Of a stretch of 64,000 bases of DNA, positions 25,130 through 39,849 are shown one piece after another. The stretch covers positions 64,604,001-64,668,000 of the forward strand of contig OX597825.1 in the NCBI GenBank assembly GCA_951406725.2, written 5' to 3'. The translations under genes and the position numbers were made by a program. The notes beneath the pieces are model-generated. The model ran no database searches, was not told where the DNA came from, and was given only the letters and a program-made list of their open reading frames with translations. Origin of the DNA: Octopus vulgaris (Eukaryota). Positions within the stretch are counted from its first letter, which is position 1. Each line of letters opens with the position of its first letter.

Positions 25130-25212
<83 letters not shown>

Positions 25213-25273
25213 TGTGTGTATTTAATAGATATACACATAGATAAAGAGACACAGGAAGGAAAAGTTGGTTTCA

Positions 25274-25350
<77 letters not shown>

Positions 25351-25647
25351 ATATATCAATATACACACACATACATATAGTTGTACATACGCGTACATAT
25401 ATATCGATCTTTCCTTCCCCAGGTTTCGCTCTCTGTCCATGTGTGTATATATACATGTGTGCATATATATATGTATGAGGTATGCTTATGTAGGTATGTG
25501 TGCGTGTGTTGAAATACACACAGACACACACGCACTTACATAATGATAGACGCACATATATATATATATATATGTGTGTGTATATATGTATATATATGTA
25601 TGCATTTGCTCATTTGTTTATTCATAAATAAATGTGTGCGTGTGTGT

Positions 25648-25706
<59 letters not shown>

Positions 25707-26083
25707 AATCTTAGTTGCTCACAGAGAAACCATAGACCGTTTTAAGGGCGCGTAAACACATAACCAGAACGTATGATGGTGCTGGATTCGAAACAATTTA
25801 CATGTAAGGCAAATTTAACTTCGAAAATACCGAAGACATAACACGAATGCACACACTATTGCACTCACACACACACCTTACACAGAATTTTACAAGCCTC
25901 TCTATCTATATATTTGTATGTCTGTCTATGTATGTCTATGTATGCCTATGTATGTATGTATGTACGTATGTATGTATGTAACTATCTATCTCTATGTGTG
26001 TGTGTATTTCACTTCATTTGTTAATCGTCTGTCAGACTGTCTGTCTATCCGAATGTTGGACAATCTTTCTATCTATCTATCTT

Positions 26084-26127
<44 letters not shown>

Positions 26128-26128
26128 C

Positions 26129-26159
<31 letters not shown>

Positions 26160-26176
26160 CCTATCTATCTACCTAA

Positions 26177-26358
<182 letters not shown>

Positions 26359-26698
26359 CTTTGTCTATCTCTCTATCTCCCTATCTCTCTATCCTTCTAT
26401 CCATCTTTCTTTTTATCTTTCTGTCTATCTTTCTATTTGCCTCTCTATATTTCTTTCTTTCTTTCTATCTATCCATCTAGCTATCAATCTATCTATCTGT
26501 CTCTCTGTCTGTCTGTCGCGTCTTTTATGAGTCGACACATACACATGTATTTAAATGTGTGTGTGTGTGCATATATATGTGAATATATACAAGTATACGT
26601 ATATGTGTTCGTATATATGTCTCTGTGTTTGTCTATATATATACAGGTGTGTATGTGTATGCGTAGTTCTGTGTTTATGTATAAATGAATAAATAAAT

Positions 26699-26768
<70 letters not shown>

Positions 26769-26771
<3 letters not shown>

Positions 26772-26808
26772 CATGGCCGCAGCTCTGAGCTGAAACTAGA
26801 AAAAAAAA
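26769..26808 (+). mobile_element. Isolated LINE/SINE-A-type 3' tail inside (TA)n
   Basis: cagcatggccgcagctctgagctgaaactag+polyA, a variant of the family A tail. Confidence 0.6.
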
Positions 26809-26854
26809 TATATATATATATACATATATATACACATACACACACACACACATA

Positions 26855-26913
<59 letters not shown>

Positions 26914-27275
26914 TTATATCACACGTATAAACTTATACGTTTATATTTATTTATATTACTGTGTGTATACATACATGTTTTACGTGCATAAGCTGCTCGT
27001 GTGTGCATGTGTGCCTTTGCGTTTGTGTGTGTGAGAGAGTCACAGTACTCACATGTGTGCGTATTTATGCATTAAGATTAATTATATGGCTTTGTGGTTC
27101 CTGACTTCACTAAATTTTTCACTGAATAAAGAATTCAAAATTCTAAGCGGATTCAAAATATAATATTGCTATGTATGAGGGGAAGGCTGCTTATTTCGAA
27201 GTTTCTCTTCGATACTCTAGCATCACTGAACATTATACGGGAAACTTTCATGTAAACAATCAACTTCGGTAAAGC

Positions 27276-27336
<61 letters not shown>

Positions 27337-27543
27337 TAAACGTCTATAGATATATACTTATTTAATGTGTGTGTGTACAGAGAGAGAGAGAGAGACATCG
27401 ATTGATTGATAAATATACAGTCGTAGGAACATGCATAGGCTTAACACTTTTCGTAAACATATACACACACACTGACAAATATTCGTGTGCACGCGTGGAT
27501 ATATACATATATACATTCACACACACAAACACACACACACACG

Positions 27544-27591
<48 letters not shown>

Positions 27592-27666
27592 AATAATATG
27601 AAGTACATATCAATAAGTATGTATATATATATTTATATATACATATATATAAGTACATATATACAT

Positions 27667-27717
<51 letters not shown>

Positions 27718-28093
27718 TATATATATACACACACACATATATATATTAGATTGATAAATATGTATATGGTAGATTGATATGTGTGTGTGTGTTAGATAAA
27801 CATATATATATATATATATATACATATATATGTATGTATATATATATATATGAACGTCCAAAGATACACTCATATCTGATAAATTGATAAATTGGTATAT
27901 ATTCATAGATTATTGCATATATATAGACTTGTATATTTGGTTGAACATAGATACATATTCATCTATACGCACATGCATTCATTGAAATATATCGATATAC
28001 ACTGATGGACAGATAAGTATATACACTTTACACAGCCATACATACACATATACATATATATATATATACTTATATGCATACATAAATGCTTAT

Positions 28094-28133
<40 letters not shown>

Positions 28134-28610
28134 AATGGCTTGCACATGTGTGGAGGTCAGGATGAATGATTTCAACCGTGTGCTGGTTTATGCAAGTTCG
28201 ACATGTGTGAGCCATATTAACATTTGTATACATTTAGTATTCGATTGATACACGTGTTGCGGTCATTTCTCTGTGCGTGTGATTATGTGTATGTATATCC
28301 CAATACGTATTCTATATAGACTTATAGTTTTGGACTGACTCTGAAATTCGGCCTCTTTTCATAAGTGGCCTTCTCGGTGGGTAGGAAGCTGCGAATAGGA
28401 AACACACACATATACACACATATATACACACACATAAACACACGTACGCGCGCACATAGATTCTGTGGGTATACAAATATACGTGCACTCACACAATCAT
28501 ATGTATTTGTGTGAACGTGTCTGTCACTATATGACTATGTTACAGTGTGTGTGTGTGTATGGATATATAGCTAAACACACATATACACGAACTCATGGAC
28601 ACACACGAAG

Positions 28611-28660
<50 letters not shown>

Positions 28661-28814
28661 TCAACTATTAATTTGTTTACAAATTTTTGTGTATATCTAT
28701 CGTATTTAAGATTGAATCCTTGTTTATCTACTGTTTCTCTCTCAGCATCTCCATCTCTCCGTATATATGCATATACATACACACACACACACACACACAC
28801 ACTTACTCACGTAT

Positions 28815-28854
<40 letters not shown>

Positions 28855-29319
28855 TCATTTTAGCTACATTTCCCCCCCTCTCTCTCTCTCTCTCTCTCTT
28901 TGTTCGTGTATTCTGCATACACACATACACACACACACACACACACACTATACACACACACAATATACACCCAGGACATATATAATAATCGCATCTAAGT
29001 TTAAGTACCCGCTTGCACATGTAATCGAACATACAAAACTGCCACAGTTACGGAGAGAGAAGAAATAATATTTATGAAAATATAAATACATTCGAAGACA
29101 TTCCCATCTATAAAACCAACACGCACATACACACACATAGTTACATACATACAACACACACACACACACACAAACAATCACACAGACATAGTTACATACA
29201 TACATACTGATATATATACATACATATTGATATATATATATATATATATAAAAATTTATGGTGTTGTATGAACATTTAATGTAGTTTTAGAGTTAGGTTT
29301 TGACTGCTATTTCCAGCGT

Positions 29320-29503
29320 GTCGTCTGCCGTTACGTTCTGGGTTCAAATTCCGCCGAGGTCGACTTTGCCTTTCATTCTTTCGGGGTCGATTAAATAAGT
29401 ACCAGTTACGCACTGGGGTCGATATAATCGACTTAATCTGTTTGTCTGTCTTTGTGTGTCCTCTCTGTGTTTAGCCCCTTGTGGGTAGTAAAGAAATAGG
29501 TAT
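29320..29503 (+). mobile_element. SINE family B, 5'-truncated
   Basis: Central domain plus ccccttgtgggtagtaaagaaatag tail. Confidence 0.9.
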
Positions 29504-29649
29504 CTCTTAGATACCCCAAATTATAATTTTATATATATATGCGTGTGTGTGTGTATGTATGTATATATGTATGTATGTATATACGCACACCAATTGTGAT
29601 ATTCTGTCTTGTTCCCTCGTGAATTCTTGTTACAATATACAAGTTCCTT

Positions 29650-30140
29650 TATCATTATCATCATCATCATCATCATCATTATCATCGTCGCCGTCGACGT
29701 TGTCGTCGTCAGCATCATCACCAACGTCATCCTCATCAGTTGCGACATCATAACCGTCGACCTCACTCTCATTGTTGTCATTTTCTGTCAGTCTTAGCCG
29801 ATGTGTTATCACGGTCATTGTCAATGTTACCACCAACACCACAACCGCCACCACCACCACCACCACCAACACCACCACCACCACCACCAACACCACCACC
29901 CCTTCCATCGTCGTGACAATCATCATCATCGTCAACAGAGAATAATCAGGAGATTCTTAACCAAACGTCATCACGTTGAACAAAATGCAGATTCGATACG
30001 TCAACCACAGCCACAACCACTGAAACCACATCACAACCACCACTACCACCACCACCAACAACAACAACAACAACGACAAACACAACAACAGTAATATCAA
30101 CAACAATATCTCAACAACAAGCACAACGACATAAGCACAA
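29650..30140. repeat. Trinucleotide low-complexity tract (ATC/CAC/CAA)
   Basis: Directly visible. Confidence 0.9.
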
Positions 30141-30169
30141 CGTTAAGCCAGGAGTACTTTAGCTGGTCG

Positions 30170-30705
30170 AACGCTTTGCTGGAAATAGCAACCAAATATT
30201 CCTTTAGTCACTTCTTACCGACATCGATAAGGTAGTTATATTTAGAAGTATGTAATTCAGTATATTATTTAAGAAGTCGAGGATGTCACGGGTGGAATCT
30301 CTCTGAAAATAGGTCTGTTCGATTCAAGACGTTTTGTGGTTAAACTCCAACTACATCTGGTGTTATTATATGCGATGAAGGAATGCCACATTCTAGGTAC
30401 ACAAAACGACAGAAAGAATGATGATCAATCAAAGAAAGACACGGTTCTGACTGACCTTGGGTTAAACACTGACAAGAAAACTTGGGGTCAAGAGCTTCTA
30501 GGTGGTTGGTTGAGTCGCTAGAAACAGCAGCCAAAATTCCCATTAACTAACATTCTAACGTCTATCAAACGGAAAATGAAACAATAAATGCATAGATAAG
30601 TAAACACACGATAAAATAATTCATTGTGTATGTACTGGGTTCCCTGGATAGTCACGGCTGGAATACATTTCATGATGATAGGCATGGGGTTTAGTAACAA
30701 TAACA
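30170..30705 (+). repeat. Dispersed family D, two to three tandem degraded copies
   Basis: gctagaaa(t/c)agcagccaaa ... gtcacggctggaat ... taaacaacaac. The motif recurs at 5967, 35625, 35783, 36173, 39930, 45773 and 50851. Confidence 0.65.
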
Positions 30706-30853
30706 AATCTGATATAGGCAGCTATGGCATAAAAACATGAAATCTAGCAACAATAGTCTCTCTCTCTCCCTTTTTCTCTCTTTCTTTTCTCTCTCTCTCA
30801 ATCACACACATACACACACACATTCATATACATACCACACGTACGCACTTGTG

Positions 30854-30909
<56 letters not shown>

Positions 30910-30916
30910 TGCACAT

Positions 30917-31206
30917 GAAGACGCGTGGCCTAGTGGATAGGGTATTACTCTAGCGATCGTAAGTTCGATTTCCAGACCGAGCGGCGCGTTTTGTTCTTTA
31001 AACAAATACATTTCGTTTCACGCTGGTTCAGTCCACTCAGCCGTAAATGTGTAAACCCTGCAGCGGAGTAGCCTTCCGATCAGGAGGAACGTTGTCCTTC
31101 GCACCCAGCCAGCTAGGGAGCATCATTTGAAATCTAAAAACGAACAACGATGCAAAGCGCATCGTGATCAGCGACGTATAACAACACCCGATCGACTGGT
31201 GATCAC
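30917..31206 (+). mobile_element. tRNA-headed SINE
   Basis: gcgtggcctagtggataggg...gttcgatttcc; tail shared with 46635-46946. Confidence 0.8.
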
Positions 31207-31210
31207 TTTG

Positions 31211-31245
<35 letters not shown>

Positions 31246-31282
31246 GCGCACATACACGCACTCATACACATGTTTATATATA

Positions 31283-31496
31283 TATTGCTTTTAGTATGTG
31301 ACCTCGTCTGTATCACTAGCGATTTTCCCCCCTGTCTTCCCTTCTCGGGATCTTTCCTTCTCCTATGTTTCCGACGAAGAGCCCCGCTCGAAACGTCAAA
31401 TCCTCCTTCTTCCCTTCTTTCCTGAGCGTCCAATAATACTCTATTTGTTCCACGTCCTTGCGTTGTTTTTTTGTTTTTGTTTTCTTGTTTGGATTA

Positions 31497-31500
<4 letters not shown>
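31283..31500 (+). mobile_element. PLE-like pLTR fragment, copy 2, flanked by (TA)n
   Basis: Homologous to 16690-16934; (TA)n on both sides. Confidence 0.65.
31368..31400 (+). ncRNA. Ultra-minimal hammerhead motif (U4 to C variant)
   Basis: TTT-CCGACGA-A-GAGC-CCC-GCTC-GAAA-CG-TC-AAA; GUC cleavage triplet; stem I TTT/AAA. Confidence 0.55.
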
Positions 31501-31528
<28 letters not shown>

Positions 31529-31859
31529 CGTGTCTGTGTGTGTGCATATGTGTACATACATGTATATATGCATTTATAGAAACATATACACATATATAAC
31601 AGAACGAAAGAGTAATTAGCAAGGTCCCACATACTGGGGGTAAACCGGTATATTCAGTTATATAGATAACAGCATTTCACAAGCTTCTATATTAAACTAG
31701 CTTTTGGTGGATGAATGCTAAACTCCTTTACGCAGAGTGAACTCATTATATAAGAATAAAAAATAAACAAATATCTCAAGTTTTAATGCTTTTGCCAAGC
31801 TGCATGTTATAATAGGGTTCCTATTTTAGGCTTATTGACCTCATTCTTATTCTTCATTT

Positions 31860-32601
31860 TATCCTCCTCGAAGAAAGAGGAATAAATTTGACGTCAATGG
31901 GATTTGAACCGACAATGTAAAGAGTGAGACCAAACATCGCAACGCATTTTCCCGACGCTCTAATCGTTCTCGAAGCTCGCCTTGTCTAGTAATAATCCTT
32001 TCTCCTAAAAGCACAAGGTCTGTTTTTTTTTTTGGTGGAGGAAACTAGTCGATTACACGGATCCAGTGTAAAGACCGCAGGCAAAGTCGACCTCGGCGGA
32101 ATTCGAACACAAAACGTATAGCCGAACGAAATGCTGTTTAGCATTTTGCCCATTGTGCCAGCTCATCGTCTTATCCTCGTCTCGTAATAACATTGATGGT
32201 TTCAAATTTTGGCACACGGCCAGCATGTTCGTCGCACGGGGTTTTAAGTCGATTACATTAACGTGGTGCTTAACTGGTACTTATTTATTCTATCAACCCT
32301 GAAAAGGTTAAAAGGAAAATCGATCTAGGCAGAATTTGAATTCAGAACGTAAAGGTCCTAAGTGTTAACGAATCTGCCAGCTTACCGCTTCAATAAGAGT
32401 TTCAAATTTTAGCACAAGACTAGCAGTTTCGGGGTGGTGGGAAAATCCATTACATCGATCCCTGTGCGGGAATGGTACTTCTTTTATGGGTCCCGAAAGG
32501 ATAGAAAACAAAGTCGACTTCGACGGATTTTAAAACCCAAAAGTAAAGACAAACGAAATGCATTTAAGCAATGTTTCCAGTGTGCTTGACAGCTCACTGC
32601 C

Positions 32602-32639
<38 letters not shown>

Positions 32640-33010
32640 CCTTTGTACTGTAGGCACAAAGCCTGAAATGTGGGGAGGGGACTAGTCGATTACATCGACC
32701 CCCGAAAGGATGAAAAGCAATATGGACCTCGGTGGAATTTGAACTCGGAACATGAACATGGTAGAAATATCGCTAAACATTTTTTCCGGCGCGGTAACGA
32801 TTCTGCCAGCTTGCCACCTTCGTTTTTGAAATTTTGGCACAAGGCCAGCAATTTCGGGTGGTGGCTGCATAGTCAATTATATCGACTCCAGTGCTCGGCT
32901 GGTATTTATTTTATCGACACCAAAAGGATAAAAAAGTAAAGTCGATCCCGAACGAAATTTGAACTCAGAACGTAAAGACGAGCGAAATGTCGCTGAGCAC
33001 TTTGCTCGAG

Positions 33011-33061
<51 letters not shown>

Positions 33062-33236
33062 TCGGTACAGGGCTAGCAATTTTCCCGGTAGAGTCTTTTG
33101 TCGATTTCATCCGCCCAGTTTGTATTTTAATCCTTCACAACTGACTTCAGCAGAATTTGAACCTAGAATATGAATGTTTACATACCTAAATGCATGTTCT
33201 CCGGCGGTCTATCTACTTTTCAACTGATAATAGTGA

Positions 33237-33269
<33 letters not shown>

Positions 33270-35165
33270 TGGTAGTGGTTGTGGTGGTGGTGGTGGTGGT
33301 GGTGATGATGGTGGTGGTGTTAGCGGTGGTAGCGGTGGTAGGTTCTAACATAGGCACAGGGCCAAAAATATGAGGGGAGAGACAAGTTGATTACATTGCC
33401 CTCTGAACTTGTTCCCTATGTCATCAACCCCGAAAGAACGAGCTCAGTGGTCCTTGATCTCAGAACGTAACCAATCAGAAAAGTGCTATCAAGCAATATG
33501 TCCGACGTTCGAACAACTCTGAGGACTCGCTATCTTCAATCGTTTCAATTTTGACATGAACCAGTAAGATTATGGGTGGGGAGAAGGTGTCAGTCGTTCA
33601 CATTGATCCCACTGCTCAATTGATATTCACTTTATCGAGCCCGAAAGGACGAAATGGAAAGTCAACCTTGGTGACATTTGAATTCAGAATGTAAATTAAG
33701 AAGAAGCCACGAAGCATTTCGCCCAGCGAGCTAACTGTTTTCTTAGGTTACCACCTTAATAATTTTTTTTGCTACACGTAAAATACCTGAAATTTTGCGG
33801 GAGAGGGCTAGATGATTACGTCGACCCAAGTGCGAAAGGATGACAAACAAAGTCAACTCCTGCGGAATCCCAACTTAGAGTGGCAACTCGGACGAAATGC
33901 CACCTTATTAATAATGATAATTATCATTTCAAATTTTCGCCGCAAGAGAAGCTTGGGGCAGTTGGGAATGGGTCGGTTACATCGACTCCAGTGTTTCACT
34001 GGTACTTATTTTATCGACCCCGAAAGGATGAAAAGCAAAGTCGACCTCGGTGGAATTTGAATTCACAACGTAGAGACGGGCCAAATACTGCTGAGCATTT
34101 CGTCCAGCTTGATAACGATTCTGCCAGCTCACCGCCATCATAATGATAAAAATACTGGTCTCATTTGAAGGCAGCGAGCTGGTGGAAACGTTAGCACGCT
34201 GGGCGAAATTCTGAGCGGTATTTTGTCTGCCGTTACGTTCTGAGTTCAAATTCCACCGGGTCGACTTCACCTTTCATCCTTTCGGGGTCGATAAATTAAG
34301 TACCAGTTACGCACCGGGGGTTCGACTTAATCCGTTTGTCTGTCCTTGTTTGCCCTCTGTGTGTTTAGCCCCTTGTGGGAAGGAAAGAAATAGGTATTTC
34401 TTCTGCCGTCACGTTCTGAGTTCAAATTCCGTCGACATTGACTTTCATCCTTTCGGGGGTCGATAAATTAAGTACCAGTTACATATTGGGGTCGATGTAA
34501 TCGACTTAATCCTATTGTCTGTCCTTGTTTGTCCCCTTTGTGGGCTGTACAGAAATATATAATAATGGTTTCAAAATTTGGTACAAGGACAATAATTTCG
34601 GCGGAAGGGGAAAGTCAACTACATCGACCTCAGTGTTTAAAAGGATGAAAGGAAAATTGGGAAACGGCGGAATTTGAACTCAGAACGTAAAGACGGACGA
34701 AATGCTGCTAAGTATTTCGTGCGGCCTGATAGCGATTCTGCCAGTTTACCGCCTTTTAATAATTATTTCTACTCTAAGCACAAGGCCTTGAAAATTTTAG
34801 GGGAAGGGGGATAGTCGGTTATATAGCCCCCAGTGCGTAACTGGTACTTATTTAATCGACCCCGAAAGGATGAAAGGCAAAGTCGACCTCGGCGGAATTT
34901 GAACTCAGAACGTAACGGAAGAGGAAATACCTATTTCTTTACTACCCACAAGGGTCTAAATACAGAGAGGACAAACAAGGACAGACAAACGGATTAAGTC
35001 GATTAGATCGACCCCAGTGCGTAACTGGTACTTATTTAATCGACCCCGAAAGGATGAAAGGCAAAGTCGACCTCGGCGGAATTTGAACTCAGAACGCAGC
35101 GGCAGACGAAATACTGCTAAGCATTTCGCCTGACGTGCTAGCGATTCTGCCAACCCGCCGCCTTC
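31860..35165. repeat. Cluster of roughly 15 SINE-B units of varied divergence, interleaved with (AAT)n and (GTA/GTG)n
   Basis: Repeated cccgaaaggatgaaaggcaaagtcgacctcggcggaatttgaactcagaacgt variants; mostly minus strand, with a plus-strand dimer at 34167-34560. Confidence 0.9.
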
Positions 35166-35571
35166 ACCGCTTCTTAATAGTAGCTGTCATAGAGGCATAG
35201 AGTAATAGTCGATTATATCGATTTTTCCGTACATGACTGGTATTTTATTTTGGAAACAGAAAATTCAATGATGACCTCTACAGGATTTGAACGCATGACG
35301 TAATGAACCGTAACTACGTAACTGACTTATGATTCCGTCCGTCTATTAAATGCTGACATAAGGGCAGCGGTGAGGGACAATACGGGAGGAACACAGACGT
35401 CGCTGTATAGGGGGTTACGAAATTATGAGTGAGAAAGGGAGGGAGACCTACAGATATAATATGTAGAAAGGGTTTTGTGACCCAATAGGAGGTGCGGGAG
35501 ACAGGAAAGGACCAATCGAGATGTCAGATTACCCTGCTTGACTAGTGACGGCATTAACAGCTGTAGTAGCA

Positions 35572-36390
35572 AAACAACCACAGCCCCAAAACAACCAGAT
35601 AGCCTGTATGTGGTGACTCAGCATGCTAGAAGTAGCAGCCAGGATCTTTTAAATTAAACATCACTGTGTGAACAAATGGAAGGACATATTGTGTGATTCT
35701 AAGATATATTTAACAGGAAAAAAACAAAAAAACAACCACAGCCCCACAATAACCAGATAGCTTGTATGTGGTGGCTCAGCATGCTAGAAGTAGCAGTCAG
35801 ATCTCCTTTAACTAAAACCTCACTGTGTTAACAAACGGAAGGGCATAGTGTGTGATAGATTTTAAGATATATTTAAAAGAAAAAAAAAAGGTCCGGTTGG
35901 AAATAGTAACCAGATCTCCACGGACTACACCTTAGTATCATTGTAAAAGAAACATTAAAAATAGGCAGTTTGAGGGTTCAGTATACTAGAAAAATGATGG
36001 GATGGTCGTGGTTAGATTGTCTTCAATAATAGGTCTGCTTAATCACGGCTGACTTAGGCTCAAACAACAACAACTACAACAAAACAGCATCGATAGAAAG
36101 AAGAATAGAAACATTGTCAATAAATCTTCACCACTGACTTTAAGTCCCTTACATAAGTCACCAGGAGAGCCATGCTAGAAACAGCAGTCAAAACTCTCTC
36201 TCGCGCTACAACCGATCCCCTTTAAAATGATAAAGATATATGGATAATACATATTCCTACATACATATAGAAATATAAAAAAAACAAAAAACAAAAAGGA
36301 CATTCAGGGAGGATGGTCCGGACTGGAATGCCTTTGATCATAGATTTACTTGGAGTCACTTAACACTAAGTCACCACAACACCAGCAACA
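35572..36390 (+). repeat. Family D cluster including a ~158-bp tandem duplication
   Basis: aacaaccacagcccca..aaccagatagc.tgtatgtgg at 35574 and 35731. Confidence 0.7.
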
Positions 36391-36654
36391 ACAAGGAAAC
36401 AACATATTCTCATGGAGAGCAACAATACGCATTTATTGTTTCATTCCGTACAGCAACACAACCACAGGTCACGTATCGGCATAAAAGACTAAGAAATAAT
36501 TAAACAGGTTCACACAGGCGCACACTTGCATTTAAATATATGTATATATACACATACATGTATTCCGACACGCACGCATCATTGATGGTCGCACACATAG
36601 CTCTCTGCCGATCGCCATCTCCCTCTCCACTCACCCATTTCTTTCTCCGTGTAC

Positions 36655-37240
<586 letters not shown>

Positions 37241-37601
37241 TCGTGTCGTTAATATGTATATTCTTAGTTATTCCCAAATGGAAAACACGGTTACGGGTTT
37301 CCTGCTTGAAACCGTACCTACGAACTCGGAGTAGTGCCGGAAAGTTTCATAAACACCTACATACACCAATTAATTTCATCCTGTTAATACGCTCATTATG
37401 AATATAATAAAACTAATTATTTACAAAACCCACACACATATATACACAAATAGATAGGTTTGTGCATGTGTGTGTGCGTGTGTGGTGTATATATATATGT
37501 ATATGTGTGTGTGTGTGTGTGTACTTATAAACTTTTATACGTAAGTATATATGTATATATATATATATACATATACATACATACATACATACATACATAC
37601 A

Positions 37602-37664
<63 letters not shown>

Positions 37665-37691
37665 ATAAATATAAATACATATATAATCATC

Positions 37692-38108
37692 GGCGCAGGC
37701 CTGGCTGTGTTAAGAAGCTTGCTTCTCAACCGCATGGTTCCGGGTTCAATCGCACTGCATGGCACCTTCGGCGTGTGTCTTCTTTTAAAGGCCATTGTAT
37801 ATATATATATATATATATATGCACACACACACGATGTATGTATATGTTTGGGTATGTCTTTGTATCTGTCTTACCCCCCCCCCCACCACCACCACCACCA
37901 CTACCGAATTGTGCTTACGTACCCGTAACAATTTAGGTTCGGCAAAAGAGATTGATAGAATAAATATCAGGCTCTACAGAAAATAAAATAAAAAGTAAAA
38001 TAAAACAAAATAACAAGTACTGGTTGACGATTCATTCCACTAAAATTCTTCGTAGCATTGCCCCAGCATGGCCGCAGTTTAATGACTGAAGCCAGCAAAA
38101 AATAAAAG
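37692..38108 (+). mobile_element. SINE family A, diverged
   Basis: Head ggcgcaggcctggctgtgtt; tail ccagcatggccgcagtttaatgactgaa. Confidence 0.85.
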
Positions 38109-38166
38109 GTTATATTTGTAATTTACCCCTATACATTGTGTGTGAATGTAAGCGTATACACATATG

Positions 38167-38215
<49 letters not shown>

Positions 38216-38933
38216 TTATGTATGTAACTTTATTAATAAGTACATATATATACGTTAATACACGGGTATATGTAAATAGTATATATGCACTCATATATAC
38301 TCATATATACGCACATGTATGTTTATCTTTATGCAGATGCCTTTGTATAAACGTTAGTTGATGAAATAGCCCTGGTTCAATCTCACTGCGTGGCTATTTG
38401 TACAATATATTCCACTACTCTCATGTCAGGTCGTCCAGTTATATATCTTCTGAGTATTTTATACACTCACACACACACACACACACATATACAAACACAT
38501 ACACACTCACGTATATACTGATGTATACTTCCATGCTTACATGCATATGTACGTGTTTACGCCTCACTCTTCTAGAAGATTGTGCTTATGCTGTGATTCT
38601 TTGTCTTCTTACTTTATCTTCGTTCTACGAATGAAGGTAGAAGCAAGCACCTTACTGAGTTAAGTATTGGATTCGGTGTGACCGGAGAACACTTTGAAGG
38701 CGATGCTCCAGTATGGCCGCAGTGACATGACTGAAGCAAACATACACACACACAGACATACACAAAGATACAGATACATAGATACGCATTAGGGTGCATG
38801 ATCAGTAAACAGTGAAAGATGACAATTCTTTAACCGAAAACGAACTCATGATATATGTAGAATAGAAAATATATTAAAAAAAAGATGTATGAATGTTGAA
38901 GCCGAAGTTTCTCAGTCGTCCGGCATCGTCAGA

Positions 38934-38978
<45 letters not shown>

Positions 38979-39433
38979 TGTGTGTGTAATATTAGTTTCT
39001 GCTATGTACACTAAAAGTTGGGAAGGTCATAAATATAAATTTACATTTAAATCTGTCTGCTTGGTGTGCACTAACCTAGGGTTAAACCACAACAGCAGCT
39101 CAATAATTATTTTATTCAAAGCTTTTATCTGATGCCAGATGTGTGGAAAATAACAGCCAAATCGCTCTTAACTTAGTCTGTGCCGCCTTGGGAAAAGGAA
39201 CAACACTTTCTACAATCTATTTTTATCTAGCAAGCCTTTTATGTTGAAATGGTTCTGGTGGGAACAACTTTTGGTTTTATGTCAGTAATAAACAATTGGT
39301 CTACAATAAAATATTCTGTAATTGTTGTATATGCCTAACCCTGGGTCTCTCCTAGGTCAGAGCTTAACATTGATCCAGCAGAAATATTCCAACCGTGGTC
39401 ACCCTACCCTTGAATACTTTTGTATGAATTACC

Positions 39434-39849
39434 TATTTCTTTACTACCCACAAGAGGCTAAACACAGAGAGGACAAACAAGGACAGACAAACGAATTAAG
39501 TCAATTATATTGACTCCAGTGGGTAACTGGTAGTTATTTAATCGACCCCGAAAGAATGAAAGGCAAAGTCGACTTCGGCGGAATTTGAACTCAGAACGTA
39601 ACGGCAGACGAAATACCTATTTCTTTATTACCCACAAGGGGCTAAACACAGAGGGAACAAACAAGGACAGACATAGGGATTAAGTCGATTACATCTACCC
39701 CAGTGCATAACTGGTACTTAATTTATCGACCCCGAAAGGATGAAAGGCAAAGTCGACCTCGGCGGAATTTGAACTCAGAACGTAACAGCAGAGGAAATAA
39801 GACTACGCATTTCGCCCGGCGTGCTAACGTTTCTGCCAGCTCGCCGCCT
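39434..39849 (-). mobile_element. SINE family B dimer with 16-bp TSD
   Basis: ttttgtatgaattacc at 39418-39433 and 39850-39865 flank two head-to-tail units. Confidence 0.92.

Noticed and set aside
29609-30094. Poly-His/Gln and poly-Ile/Val ORFs
   Set aside because: Trinucleotide repeats open in several frames.
31860-35165. CRISPR-like repeat/spacer appearance
   Set aside because: Units are ~190-bp diverged SINE copies in eukaryotic DNA; no constant short repeat with unique spacers and no cas genes.
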